From Candidatus Staskawiczbacteria bacterium (GTDB lineage: Bacteria > Patescibacteriota > Minisyncoccia > Minisyncoccales > Staskawiczbacteraceae): a stretch of 64,000 nt of DNA. The stretch covers positions 5,678 to 69,677 of the forward strand of contig JAPLYZ010000010.1 in NCBI GenBank assembly GCA_026395295.1. The letters are read 5' to 3'. The notes below the pieces were generated by a model. The model saw only the letters and a program-made list of their open reading frames with translations, had not been told where the DNA came from and made no database searches. Every line of letters begins with the position of its first letter. The stretch's first letter is position 1. The position numbers and the translations under genes were made by a program. Of the stretch, positions 9,536-18,690 are shown one piece after another.

Positions 9536-10513
9536 TTAGAATATTTTGATGTCTTTTCCTATTCCTCTTTTTAGAGCTTCTTGGTAAACCATTTCCGCGG
9601 TAAATAAATCTTGCAAGGCAAGCCCGGTTGAATCGAAAACAGTAATTTCGCTATCATTTTCCCGGCCGGTTTTAATGCCTGCCACAACCTCGCCCAAAGA
9701 ACCGTAAATATCATTTTTTGTAATAATTCCTTTGCTAACCGGCACATTTATTTCTCCCGAGTGCGAGGCTTGCGCCCAGTCGTCAACAATTATTTTAGCT
9801 CTTTTCAAAATAGTTGGGTCAAGCTCTTCTTTTCCTTCGGCATCAGCGCCAACTGCGTTTATGTGCGTGCCAGCTGCAACCCAGTCGCTTTTAACAATTG
9901 GTGAGCGCGAAGGCGTTGTTGTTGTCAGAATGTCCTGCTTTGAAACTTCTTCAATGCCGGCCTTACGTATTTTTATGTTTAGCTTGCTTAATTCGTTTGA
10001 AAGAACTTCAATGCTTTTTTCGTTTGTGTCGTAAACACAAATGTCCTGCAATTTAATTATGCTTGAGGTGGCGGCAATCTGAAAAAGTGATTGTCTGCCT
10101 GCTCCAACCACACCCAGCGTTTTTGCGCTTTTTTTCGCCAAATATTTTGAAGCAACTGCTCCCGCCGCGCCGGTTCTCATTCCTGTAATGTAGGTTCCGT
10201 CCATTAAAGCCAGTGGAGCGCCTGTTTTTGCATCGTTCAAAACAATTACCGCGCCCACTGTCGGCAAATTATTTTTAGGATTGTCGGGGTGAACGTTTAC
10301 AATTTTTGTTCCGGCCATTTTCAGTTCTTCAGAAAAACTTGGCATAACCCGCAAGTCGCCATTATCTTTTTTAAAATATAAATAGGTTTTTGGAGGCATA
10401 TCAACCTCGCCTTTTCCATATTTTAGAAAAGCATCTTCTACCCGGTCAACAACTTTTTTTATTTCGGTTAATGGAATAATTTGTTTTACTTCTTCCTGGC
10501 TTAAAATAAGCAT
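9536..10513 (-). CDS. Ornithine cyclodeaminase / mu-crystallin family NAD-dependent enzyme
   Basis: 325 aa. Family-like N-terminus and Rossmann motif LGVVGAGRQS. One of two minus-strand genes in the plus-strand block. Confidence 0.75.
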   Translation of the reverse strand: MLILSQEEVKQIIPLTEIKKVVDRVEDAFLKYGKGEVDMPPKTYLYFKKDNGDLRVMPSFSEELKMAGTKIVNVHPDNPKNNLPTVGAVIVLNDAKTGAPLALMDGTYITGMRTGAAGAVASKYLAKKSAKTLGVVGAGRQSLFQIAATSSIIKLQDICVYDTNEKSIEVLSNELSKLNIKIRKAGIEEVSKQDILTTTTPSRSPIVKSDWVAAGTHINAVGADAEGKEELDPTILKRAKIIVDDWAQASHSGEINVPVSKGIITKNDIYGSLGEVVAGIKTGRENDSEITVFDSTGLALQDLFTAEMVYQEALKRGIGKDIKIF

Positions 10514-10680
10514 ATATTTTTTGTTTAATAATTTGAAAACAATTTTTATTGTACTCTTTTAAAATAATGTTATCAAGTAAATTGCATTATAGGATTTTTT
10601 GGTGTAGTCTAATTGGTAAGACGGCTTGAGGAGTACTCTTGCCCGAACTGTAACTTGAAAATTAGACAAATGAATAAAAT

Positions 10681-12429
10681 ATGAATCCAAAAGAAAAGTG
10701 GGCGTTGTTTTCGGTCTGGGACAAAACCGGCGTTGTGGACGATGCTAAGCGACTGGTGAAATTGGGCTGGAAGATTATCAGCTCCGGTGGCACAGCAAAA
10801 GTACTGGCTTCCGCAGGTGTTCCGGTCAAGGACGTTTCCGAACTGGTGGGCGGGGGAGCCATTCTTGGCCATCGGGTGGTTACGCTCTCTCGCGAAGTCC
10901 ACGCCGCTTTGCTGGCTGACGCACTGAAGCACGAAGACCTTGTCGAGCTGGTCTGCTTGGCAATTCCCTTTATTGACCTGGTGCGCTGCGATTTTTATCC
11001 TCTGCGCCAAGCTATTGCCGACCCAAATGCAAAAGTCGCTTCGGTGGTTGAACTGACTGACATCGGCGGACCCTGCATGGTGCGTTCTGGCGCCAAAGGC
11101 TTGCGCATTGTGGTTTGCCGGAAGCAAGACATGAAGCCGGTTCTGGAAGAACTGGAGGCGTGCGGTGATGTCTGCGTTGAAAACCGCCAAAGCCTTCGCG
11201 CTCGCGCCGAGTATGAGGTTGCTAAGTACGTTGCCGAATCGGCGATGTATCACGGCCAAGGCAGATTCAGGGTCATTGCAGGAGAAAAAGTTTGCCAGTT
11301 TAAGGGCGAAAATGGTCTGCAAACTCCGGCTGCTCTTTTCAGCGCTGAATCTGACGACCCGCTGGCGCTCAAGAATTTTGCGCTCATTACTGGCACTTCG
11401 CCAAGCTACAACAACTGGTGCGACTATGATCGGCTTCTGCAGACCATGACTCATCTGGCAGCAGCCTGGAAACTGAACTATGGCAAGGTTCCCTATATTG
11501 CTGTTGGAGCCAAGCATGGCAATCCATGCGGAGCCGCGATCGGCAATAGTCATCAACTTATTGTCCATGACATGGTGATTGGTGACAGTCGCGCCATCTT
11601 CGGCGGGGTTGTTATGACCAACTTTCCTGTCACAGGCTCAGTGGCTGTGGCAATGGCCGAGGCCATGACCGACAAAAAGGCGCGCTTCGATGGCGTTGTT
11701 GCTCCAAACTTCGACGCATATGCCATTCAGACCCTTTCTCGTGTGAAGGGAAAATGCCGACTCATGGTCAACCCTGCCCTCGAAGGCGAAGGTTCTGCGG
11801 TTTTGGATACTACCCCGCGGTTCCGCTATGCTCGCGGTGGATTTTTGGCTCAGCCCAACTGCACTTTCTTACTGGACTTCAACGACCCTGACATAAAGGT
11901 TTTCGGCCCGCGCAATCCGGCAGTGGAAGCTGACCTGCTAATTGCCTGGGCAATCGGCGCCACCTCAAACTCCAACACAATTACCATTGTGAAGGACGGA
12001 ATGCTCATCGGCAACGGAGTCGGTCAGCAAGATCGCATTATCGCGGCGAGGTTAGCCAGGGACCGGGCTCTCGATGCCGGCCATGGAAACCCAGTGGACC
12101 TGGTTGCTGTTGCTACAAAGGCAATTGGGGGACTATACGCTGGAAATCTGCCAGGTGTTTCTCCCAGTTTTAAGGAGGTCGCGAAAGTCGCGGTTGAAAG
12201 CGCCCTTGCTGCAATAACCAAGGACAGGCTTGAAGGCGCGGTTGCTTACAGCGACAGTTTCTTCCCATTCCCGGATGCTGCCGAGGTTTTGATTGACGCC
12301 GGTGTTAAAGCAATATTCAGCACCTCGGGAAGCATCAACGACGCGGCAATCCAGGAGCTGTGCGTGAAGCGCGGAGTTACGCTTTACCAGCTTCCGGACA
12401 CGAAAGCCCGCGGATTTTTCGGCCACTAA
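10681..12429 (+). CDS. purH: Bifunctional AICAR formyltransferase / IMP cyclohydrolase, divergent
   Basis: 582 aa. MGS-like N-terminus (ALFSVWDKTGVV, SSGGTAKVL, DIGGPCMVRSGAK). Transformylase part (AKHGNPCGAAIG, GNGVGQQDR, YSDSFFPFPD). Visibly higher G+C than the flanks. Confidence 0.85.
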   Translation: MNPKEKWALFSVWDKTGVVDDAKRLVKLGWKIISSGGTAKVLASAGVPVKDVSELVGGGAILGHRVVTLSREVHAALLADALKHEDLVELVCLAIPFIDLVRCDFYPLRQAIADPNAKVASVVELTDIGGPCMVRSGAKGLRIVVCRKQDMKPVLEELEACGDVCVENRQSLRARAEYEVAKYVAESAMYHGQGRFRVIAGEKVCQFKGENGLQTPAALFSAESDDPLALKNFALITGTSPSYNNWCDYDRLLQTMTHLAAAWKLNYGKVPYIAVGAKHGNPCGAAIGNSHQLIVHDMVIGDSRAIFGGVVMTNFPVTGSVAVAMAEAMTDKKARFDGVVAPNFDAYAIQTLSRVKGKCRLMVNPALEGEGSAVLDTTPRFRYARGGFLAQPNCTFLLDFNDPDIKVFGPRNPAVEADLLIAWAIGATSNSNTITIVKDGMLIGNGVGQQDRIIAARLARDRALDAGHGNPVDLVAVATKAIGGLYAGNLPGVSPSFKEVAKVAVESALAAITKDRLEGAVAYSDSFFPFPDAAEVLIDAGVKAIFSTSGSINDAAIQELCVKRGVTLYQLPDTKARGFFGH

Positions 12430-12449
12430 AACCCAAAACAATTTGGGCA

Positions 12450-12483
12450 CCCCAATGCAAAAATGCAGCGGGGTTATTTTTTT
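12450..12483 (+). terminator. Terminator after purH
   Basis: CCCCAATGCA-aaaa-TGCAGCGGGG, then TTATTTTTTT. Confidence 0.65.
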
Positions 12484-12505
12484 GAAACAAACCATTTTAC
12501 ACATA

Positions 12506-12534
12506 TTGACACGTATTAAAATTTAGAATATAAT
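12506..12534 (+). promoter_or_regulatory. Sigma-70-type promoter of the marR-adaptor-MFS operon
   Basis: TTGACA, 17 nt, TATAAT. Followed by the palindrome TAGATaATCTA, a possible MarR operator. Confidence 0.65.
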
Positions 12535-12569
12535 AGATAATCTAATAATTAGGCAATCAAACTAATTTT

Positions 12570-12986
12570 ATGAATAACAATAACGAAGAAAAGCTATTAT
12601 CTGCCATATTCAATATAGGCAGATCAATTAGAGAAGAAATTCATACAAGCAACTGCCTGGTAAATTTTACGCAGGCGGAAATTGAAGTTTTAAAGTTTCT
12701 TCACAGCAGAAAAGACACAACAATGAAATCTGTGGCTGATTATTTGCATATAAAACCATCGTCAGCCACACCAATAATTGATAGCCTAGTCAAAAAAGGG
12801 GACATTAAAAGAATTCAGAAAAAGGGCGACAGAAGGGTGGTGTGCGTGGAGATAACTACAAAAGGAGCAGGAGTTTTGCAAAAAAAGTATAAAAAAATTC
12901 ACAAAACAATTAAAAAAGTTTTTGGAAAATTAAACGATAACGATAAAAAAACACTAATTAAAATTTTTGAAAAAATACATGTTTAA
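12570..12986 (+). CDS. MarR-family transcriptional regulator
   Basis: 138 aa. Winged-helix core (TQAEIEVLKFL, MKSVADYLHIKPSSATPIIDSLVKKGDIKR). Confidence 0.8.
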   Translation: MNNNNEEKLLSAIFNIGRSIREEIHTSNCLVNFTQAEIEVLKFLHSRKDTTMKSVADYLHIKPSSATPIIDSLVKKGDIKRIQKKGDRRVVCVEITTKGAGVLQKKYKKIHKTIKKVFGKLNDNDKKTLIKIFEKIHV

Positions 12987-14424
12987 AATATCAAAAAAAA
13001 TAATTGTGGGGGGAGTTGTAATAATAGCAGTTGCAATAGCTGTCATTTTGTATTTTGTTTTTACTCAAGGCGCGCCTGCAAAATTGTTATCGGTTGAGGT
13101 AAAAAATGGCGATATTACTGAAAAAATAAATTTAATTGGGCAGGTAAAAGCGTCGCAGGGAGTTGATTTGGCTTTTGAGTCTCAAGGAAAAATTGTTGCA
13201 AACTATGTGAAGGTTGGAGATAAAATAACGAAAGGGCAAGCCCTTCTGGCAATAGATGATTCTACATTGCAATCTCAGCTAAGGCAGGCGCAAGCTCAGC
13301 TTGATGTTTTAAACATAGATACCATTAAAAATAAATTAGACTCGGGCACACAAACTCTCTACTCTGGCAGCTTAAGCGGTGCTCAGAAATCTGCGACAAC
13401 AGCAAAAGACATTTTGCTGATAATTTCTGACATTCAATATAATCATTTTACAGCCCAGAACCAGCAAAATATTACTTTGCAGAGTGTGAAAGAAAAAGCA
13501 GTTTACTCTTTACTGGGTCAGCATGGCGCAGGATTGTGGAATTCTCAGGCGATTGGACAACTAAACGGCGGAGCATTTGGTTTGGTTGAAAACGCTGTTA
13601 ACAATCCTACACCAGACAATATAGACTCTGCGCTTTCGACCTTAAAGCTGTCCTTGCAGGATGTTAATAGCTTAATTGATGAAACACCAATAGACCCCGC
13701 CCTTACTTCCGTTGAGAGAACCGCTATCAGCCTGGCGAAAATAAATATAAATACAGAGATAATCACCACTTCGGCGAATATACAGGCAATTGCCGGTCTT
13801 AAAGTAAACAATTTGGCAACAATAGCAACGGCCAACGCGCAAACAGAATCTGCAAAGGCAAACATAGACGTAATAAAAACGCAGATATCAAAAACAGTAA
13901 TTAGGGCTCCGTTCAGCGGTCAGGTTGATAAAGATAACGCAGTTGTAGGTCAAATTGTTTCGGCAAACACGCCAGTAGCAACTATCTCTAACAACAATTT
14001 AGAAATAGACTTTTACATGCCGGAAATTGATTTGTCGGGCGCTAGAGCGGGGAGTAAAGCAAACGTAACATTAGATGCCTTTGGCAATCAAGTTGTTTTT
14101 CCGGCAACCATATTCTCTGTTGATTTATCTCCAACAATTGTGGGCGGATCATCTGTCTATGGAGCTAAATTGAAATTTGACGCGTCAGACAATAGAATAA
14201 ATCCCGGCATGACGGCCAATATAACAATATCTTCCGACACCCATTCAAACGTTTTAATAGTTCCCAGATCAGCTGTTGTGCAAAACAATAATAAATATTT
14301 TGTGATTGTGGAAAAAGGAAATTCGCAAAAAGAAACAAGAGAGGTTGCAGTTGGTTTGCGCGACAATAAAAATGTCGAAATTACTTTAGGATTAAAATTA
14401 GGAGAAAAAGTATTAGCATACTAA
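12967..14424 (+). CDS. HlyD-family efflux adaptor-like protein
   Basis: 485 aa. N-terminal TM, coiled-coil region, IRAPFSGQV and INPGMTANITI barrel segments. Confidence 0.7.
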   Translation: MKKYMFKISKKIIVGGVVIIAVAIAVILYFVFTQGAPAKLLSVEVKNGDITEKINLIGQVKASQGVDLAFESQGKIVANYVKVGDKITKGQALLAIDDSTLQSQLRQAQAQLDVLNIDTIKNKLDSGTQTLYSGSLSGAQKSATTAKDILLIISDIQYNHFTAQNQQNITLQSVKEKAVYSLLGQHGAGLWNSQAIGQLNGGAFGLVENAVNNPTPDNIDSALSTLKLSLQDVNSLIDETPIDPALTSVERTAISLAKININTEIITTSANIQAIAGLKVNNLATIATANAQTESAKANIDVIKTQISKTVIRAPFSGQVDKDNAVVGQIVSANTPVATISNNNLEIDFYMPEIDLSGARAGSKANVTLDAFGNQVVFPATIFSVDLSPTIVGGSSVYGAKLKFDASDNRINPGMTANITISSDTHSNVLIVPRSAVVQNNNKYFVIVEKGNSQKETREVAVGLRDNKNVEITLGLKLGEKVLAY

Positions 14425-14430
14425 AAAAAT

Positions 14431-15039
14431 ATGGGAAAAAATAAAATAATAATATTGGTCGCGGTTATTTTGGTAGTTTTAGGAAGCATAGTTGGGTTTA
14501 TATATTGGAATACAACTTCGGGCAGGGTTTACGTGGAAAACTCCGCAGTATCTGCTCCGGTAATTAATTTGTCTCCAACTGTTGGCGGAGTTCTTCAGGA
14601 AGTTTTTGTTAATGTAGGAGACCAAGTGCAAACATCAGCGCCCATCGCCAGAATTGGGAATGAATTAATAAAAGCAAAATCGTCCGGTCAAATTTTATCT
14701 ATAGATATAAATATAGGCGATAACTTTGGCGCCAATCAAACAGTTGCCACCATGATAAATCCCGATGATTTAAGAATTGTCGGCCAGGTGCAGGAAGACA
14801 AAGGCTTAAAAGATATAAAAGTAGGGCAGACTGCCATTTTTACCGTTGATGCTTTTGGTTCCAAGCAATATTCTGGAATTGTTGACCAAATAAGCCCCAC
14901 ATCAAATGCCGGAGACATTGTTTTTAACATATCCAATACCAGGCAAGAAAACGATTTTGATGTGAAAGTGCGATTTAACGTGAGCCAATTCCCGGAATTA
15001 AAAAATGGCATGTCAGCTAAACTTTGGATTTATAAATAA
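14431..15039 (+). CDS. Short HlyD/EmrA-like adaptor protein
   Basis: 202 aa. N-terminal TM and lipoyl/barrel-like segments. Lies between an adaptor gene and an MFS pump gene. Confidence 0.55.
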   Translation: MGKNKIIILVAVILVVLGSIVGFIYWNTTSGRVYVENSAVSAPVINLSPTVGGVLQEVFVNVGDQVQTSAPIARIGNELIKAKSSGQILSIDINIGDNFGANQTVATMINPDDLRIVGQVQEDKGLKDIKVGQTAIFTVDAFGSKQYSGIVDQISPTSNAGDIVFNISNTRQENDFDVKVRFNVSQFPELKNGMSAKLWIYK

Positions 15040-15051
15040 TTCAAGGAAATA

Positions 15052-16548
15052 ATGGAAGAAACACACAAAAATTTTAAATGGCTGGTGTTGCTGACGGTTA
15101 TTGTAGGAACTTTTTTAGGCAGATTAGACCAGACAATTGTTAATTTGGCTCTGCCAAAAATAATTACCGATTTTAGAATTACTGTCACTTCCGCCAGCTG
15201 GATCGCAACCGCGTATATTTTAGCTAACGCGGTTTTTGTTCCCATATGGGGAAAATTAGGAGATACCATTGGAAGAAAAAAAGTTTACATCTGGGGGTTT
15301 ACAATTTTTATTTTTGGTTCGGCTCTCGCCGGATTTTCTTGGGACTTGAGCTCTATGATTGTTTTCAGAATTATTCAGGCAATTGCCAGCTCAGCCGATT
15401 ATCCGACAGCTATGGCCATATTGGCCGTAACGTTCAGCCACGGAAAAGAAAGAGCGCAGGCTCTTGGCCTGTGGTCTGTTTCTTTTGCCGCAGCCTCGGT
15501 CTTCGGTCCGCTAATTGGAGGACCTATGATTGATATTTTCGGCTGGCGGTCTATATTTTTGCTGAACATACCAATTGGAATTATAGGAACCATTATGGCA
15601 TTTATTTTTGTGAGAGAGTCAGTTTCTGAACGCAAGACCATGCATTTTGATTGGTGGGGAGCCATTACTCTTGGAATTGCGCTTTCAGCCTTAGTTTTAG
15701 TTCTTGATCAGGGAAGCATCTGGGGCTGGTATTCTTCGGTTAGCGCAATTTGTTATGTTGTCACGATTTTATTTACTGCCATATTTATATTTATAGAATC
15801 AAAATCAGAAGATCCAATCGTTGACCTTAAATTTTTCAAGAATAGCGTTTTCGTTAACACTATTGTAAATAACTTCGTAGTTTTTATGGCGTTAATGGGG
15901 GCGGTGTTTTTAATTCCCATTTTCGTTGAAACTTACTTAGGGTACGATGCCACAAAAACCGGCTACATATTTATTCCCATGGCATTTTTTATGGTGATAT
16001 CCTCGGCAATTGGAGGAAACCTGACCGGAAAAATCCAGCCAAAATACATTATATTTGCCAGCACTTTCATAGCCGCCGTTGGAGTATATATGTTTTCATA
16101 TTTAGATCCAAGGTCAGGAATTCTGGATGTAATTATTCCTCTTTCAATTATGGCTTTTGGTTTAGGTTTTGGAATGTCTCAACGTACCAATGTTATCACG
16201 GTGGTGGTTCCGGTTGAGGAAATGGGAATTGCTTCTTCAGTGCTGGCGCTGGGAAGAAACATAGCCGGAGCGTTTGGAATTGCAATTTTTGGAACAATTT
16301 TAACAGACGCAACTAAGACCAATGTTTTAAATACCGCTTACCATAGCATTATAAAAATTACCGACCCGGCAGTTTATCAACAGGCAGTTGAACTTATAAT
16401 TTTAAAGGCGCAAATAGATGCCTACAAGCCGGTTTTTATCACAGCCTCTATTGTATTGCTTGTCGGAGCGTTCTTGGCGTTATTTATAGACGTTTCAAAA
16501 GAAAGAATGCAACACGGCCATAAAGCAGAAGATTTTGTTGAAGTTTAA
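15052..16548 (+). CDS. MFS transporter, 14-TMS DHA2 (EmrB/QacA-like) drug:H+ antiporter
   Basis: 498 aa. N-terminal motif LDQTIVNLALP, GKLGDTIGRKK loop, many TM helices. Confidence 0.85.
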   Translation: MEETHKNFKWLVLLTVIVGTFLGRLDQTIVNLALPKIITDFRITVTSASWIATAYILANAVFVPIWGKLGDTIGRKKVYIWGFTIFIFGSALAGFSWDLSSMIVFRIIQAIASSADYPTAMAILAVTFSHGKERAQALGLWSVSFAAASVFGPLIGGPMIDIFGWRSIFLLNIPIGIIGTIMAFIFVRESVSERKTMHFDWWGAITLGIALSALVLVLDQGSIWGWYSSVSAICYVVTILFTAIFIFIESKSEDPIVDLKFFKNSVFVNTIVNNFVVFMALMGAVFLIPIFVETYLGYDATKTGYIFIPMAFFMVISSAIGGNLTGKIQPKYIIFASTFIAAVGVYMFSYLDPRSGILDVIIPLSIMAFGLGFGMSQRTNVITVVVPVEEMGIASSVLALGRNIAGAFGIAIFGTILTDATKTNVLNTAYHSIIKITDPAVYQQAVELIILKAQIDAYKPVFITASIVLLVGAFLALFIDVSKERMQHGHKAEDFVEV

Positions 16549-16594
16549 GTCAGATGTGGTATAATAAATACATTATTATTAATCAAATAAATTT

Positions 16595-16855
16595 ATGTTT
16601 ATAGCAATTTTATTTGTAGCAATAGGTTTAGCAATATTATTAAACACCTTAGGAATAATGAACGTAACTTTCTGGGGATTTTTCTGGGGTCTTTTCTTCT
16701 TGGCGGTTGGATTTAAAATGATGATGAAAAGAGGCAATTGTCCAATTTGCGGATGGGGGATGTTCCAAGGCAGGATGCATGATAAAATTCACGAAAAAAT
16801 GAGCGGACGCTGTTGCAACTGCAGTTGCGAGAACGACTCTGCCGAAAATAAGTAA
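16595..16855 (+). CDS. Small membrane protein with Cys/His-rich tail
   Basis: 86 aa. Two TM helices, then CPICGW...CCNCSCEN. Confidence 0.4.
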   Translation: MFIAILFVAIGLAILLNTLGIMNVTFWGFFWGLFFLAVGFKMMMKRGNCPICGWGMFQGRMHDKIHEKMSGRCCNCSCENDSAENK

Positions 16856-16860
16856 TTAGT

Positions 16861-16892
16861 AAAATTGGGAGGTCCGACCTCCCAATTTTTTT
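16861..16892 (+). terminator. Rho-independent terminator
   Basis: AAAATTGGGAGGT-ccg-ACCTCCCAATTTT, then T-run. Contains the GAGGTCCGAC unit. Confidence 0.8.
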
Positions 16893-16924
16893 AAACCATG
16901 GGAATATTTACCGAAGATTATAGC

Positions 16925-17464
16925 ATGGAAATTATTGTGTTGGGTGGAGGCTGTTTTTGGTGTACCGAAGCAATTTTTAAAATGTTAAAAGGAATTATTT
17001 CAGTTGAGCCGGGCTATGCAGGAGGAAACAAGGAAAACCCAACCTATGAAGAAGTTTTGGCAGGAAACACCGGGCACGCTGAAGTTGTCAGGGTCACATA
17101 CGACCCAAAAATTATTTCATTCAACCAAATTTTAACTGTTTTTTTCGCAACGCACGACCCTACAACATTGAATAAGCAAGGTAACGATGTGGGCGAGCAA
17201 TATAGATCAATAATTTTATGCGCAACCAAGAAACAAAGAGTTGATGCAAGGAAGTTTATTGAAGAGTTGAATAATTCAAGCCGGCTTGGAAGACGTATTG
17301 TGACACATGTGTCGCTTTTAGACATTTTTTATCCAGCCGAAGAAGAGCACAAGGATTATTTAAAAAAGCATCCCGATCAAGCTTATTGCAGGGTTACCAT
17401 AAATCCGAAGCTGGGCAAAGTCAAACAAAAATTCAAGGAATTACTAGAAAACATAAATGAATAA
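16925..17464 (+). CDS. msrA: Peptide-methionine (S)-S-oxide reductase
   Basis: GGGCFWCTEA active-site motif. Start placed at MEIIVLGGG (ORF opens at 16898). Confidence 0.9.
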   Translation: MEIIVLGGGCFWCTEAIFKMLKGIISVEPGYAGGNKENPTYEEVLAGNTGHAEVVRVTYDPKIISFNQILTVFFATHDPTTLNKQGNDVGEQYRSIILCATKKQRVDARKFIEELNNSSRLGRRIVTHVSLLDIFYPAEEEHKDYLKKHPDQAYCRVTINPKLGKVKQKFKELLENINE

Positions 17465-18656
17465 AAGAAACATCTGGTATGTGGGGCTTTTGAGTTTTTT
17501 TGGCGGAATATCGCAAGATATTTTTTCGCCGATTTTACCTATTTATTTAACTTCTATACTGGGTTTCGACAAAACTATTGTCGGAGTTGCAGAAGGAATT
17601 GTCGCTGCCAGCGCTCAAATTTTCAAGATAGTCGCCGGGTTTTTATCAGACAAGTTTAAACAGCAAAAGCCAATAATTTTTTTGGGATATTTTTTATCAA
17701 TGCTGGGCAGAGTTTTGCTGGTTTTTTTTACATCAGTCGGATCGGTCGTAGGGTTGCGACTGCTTGATGGAGCGGGGAAGGGAATTAAAGACCCTCCAAA
17801 AGACGTTTTAGTGGCGGGCTCTTCGGGAAAAGAAACTCGCGGAAGAAGTTTCGGCATAGCCAGAATGTTAGATACCTTGGGTTCTGTTGCAGGGCCTTTG
17901 ATTTTATTTTTCCTTCTATGGATTTTTCAAAACTCCAATGCCCTGTATCATAAAATTTTGCTTTTTTCCGCGGTTCCTCTAATTATTACCCTTTTGCTGA
18001 TATTTAAGTTAAAAGAATTGCCCGAGGTCCGACATCCTAAGCCCGCCGGAGCGGGCGAAACTGCGGTTTTAAGTTCGAGGGATGTCGGACCTCTTCCGAC
18101 TTCATTTTATATTTTTATTGCAATTGTAATTCTATTCACTCTGGGTAACTCTTCGGATGCGTTTCTAATTTTACGGGCAAAAAATCTTGGCATAACTTTG
18201 CTGGAAATTCCATTGGTTATTGCGCTTTTTAATTTTATTTACGCTTTGGCAGCAGTCCCATTTGGCAGTTTATCAGACAAAATCGGCAGGATTCCAACTT
18301 TAATTATCGGCTGGTCAGCTTATGCCGTGGTTTATCTGGGTTTTGCCTTGGTATCGCACGCATTTTTCATTTGGTTCTTGTATGGATTTTATGGAATTTA
18401 TTACGCCACAAGCGAAGGTGTTTCAAGAGCGTTGTTAGCCGACATTGTAGAACCCGGACACAGAGGCAGAGCATTTGGCATCTACGGAATGGCTGTTGGT
18501 TTAACAACTTTGCCGGCAAGCTTTTTAGCAGGGTTTCTTTGGGATAAATTTGGCGCCTCGGTTCCGTTTTATTTTGGAGCCATAATGTCTGGCATCGCAG
18601 TTATACTTTTGTTTGTATTTTCAAAAAAATTCTTGCCTAAACGCATTAGCACTTGA
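17457..18656 (+). CDS. MFS transporter
   Basis: 399 aa, 12 predicted TM. The central loop carries a palindromic insert (18024-18093). Confidence 0.8.
   Translation: MNKRNIWYVGLLSFFGGISQDIFSPILPIYLTSILGFDKTIVGVAEGIVAASAQIFKIVAGFLSDKFKQQKPIIFLGYFLSMLGRVLLVFFTSVGSVVGLRLLDGAGKGIKDPPKDVLVAGSSGKETRGRSFGIARMLDTLGSVAGPLILFFLLWIFQNSNALYHKILLFSAVPLIITLLLIFKLKELPEVRHPKPAGAGETAVLSSRDVGPLPTSFYIFIAIVILFTLGNSSDAFLILRAKNLGITLLEIPLVIALFNFIYALAAVPFGSLSDKIGRIPTLIIGWSAYAVVYLGFALVSHAFFIWFLYGFYGIYYATSEGVSRALLADIVEPGHRGRAFGIYGMAVGLTTLPASFLAGFLWDKFGASVPFYFGAIMSGIAVILLFVFSKKFLPKRIST
18024..18093. repeat. Nested palindromic element inside the MFS coding sequence
   Basis: Perfect 14-bp inverted repeat GAGGTCCGACATCC / GGATGTCGGACCTC enclosing the GCCCGC-cgga-GCGGGC hairpin. 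Confidence 0.85.
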
Positions 18657-18672
18657 CACGGGCGAGTGATAA
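18646..18672 (+). promoter_or_regulatory. CIRCE-like HrcA operator
   Basis: TTAGCACTT-N9-GAGTGATAA versus consensus TTAGCACTC-N9-GAGTGCTAA. Ends 18 nt upstream of the hrcA start. Confidence 0.8.
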
Positions 18673-18690
18673 GAGTAAAATGGACTTATT

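Noticed and set aside
9518-9544. Tandem 9-bp repeat TTAGAACAT-TTAGAACGT-TTAGAATAT at the ocd-like gene stop
   Set aside because: There are only three imperfect units, overlapping a stop codon in an AT-rich spacer. No evidence of function.
10590-10650. tRNA-like D-arm sequence GGTGTAGTCTAATTGGTAAGAC upstream of purH (possible tRNA remnant at an island border)
   Set aside because: I could not fold a cloverleaf. There is no U8, no proper anticodon stem (GAGTACTC is only a self-palindrome) and no T arm. It is kept only as a caveat for the purH island.
10609-11568. 319-aa minus-strand ORF overlapping purH
   Set aside because: It lies antisense to a clearly PurH-like ORF in G+C-rich DNA. Its low-complexity Ala/Arg/Ser-rich translation has no motif. 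This is the typical stop-codon-poor antisense artefact.
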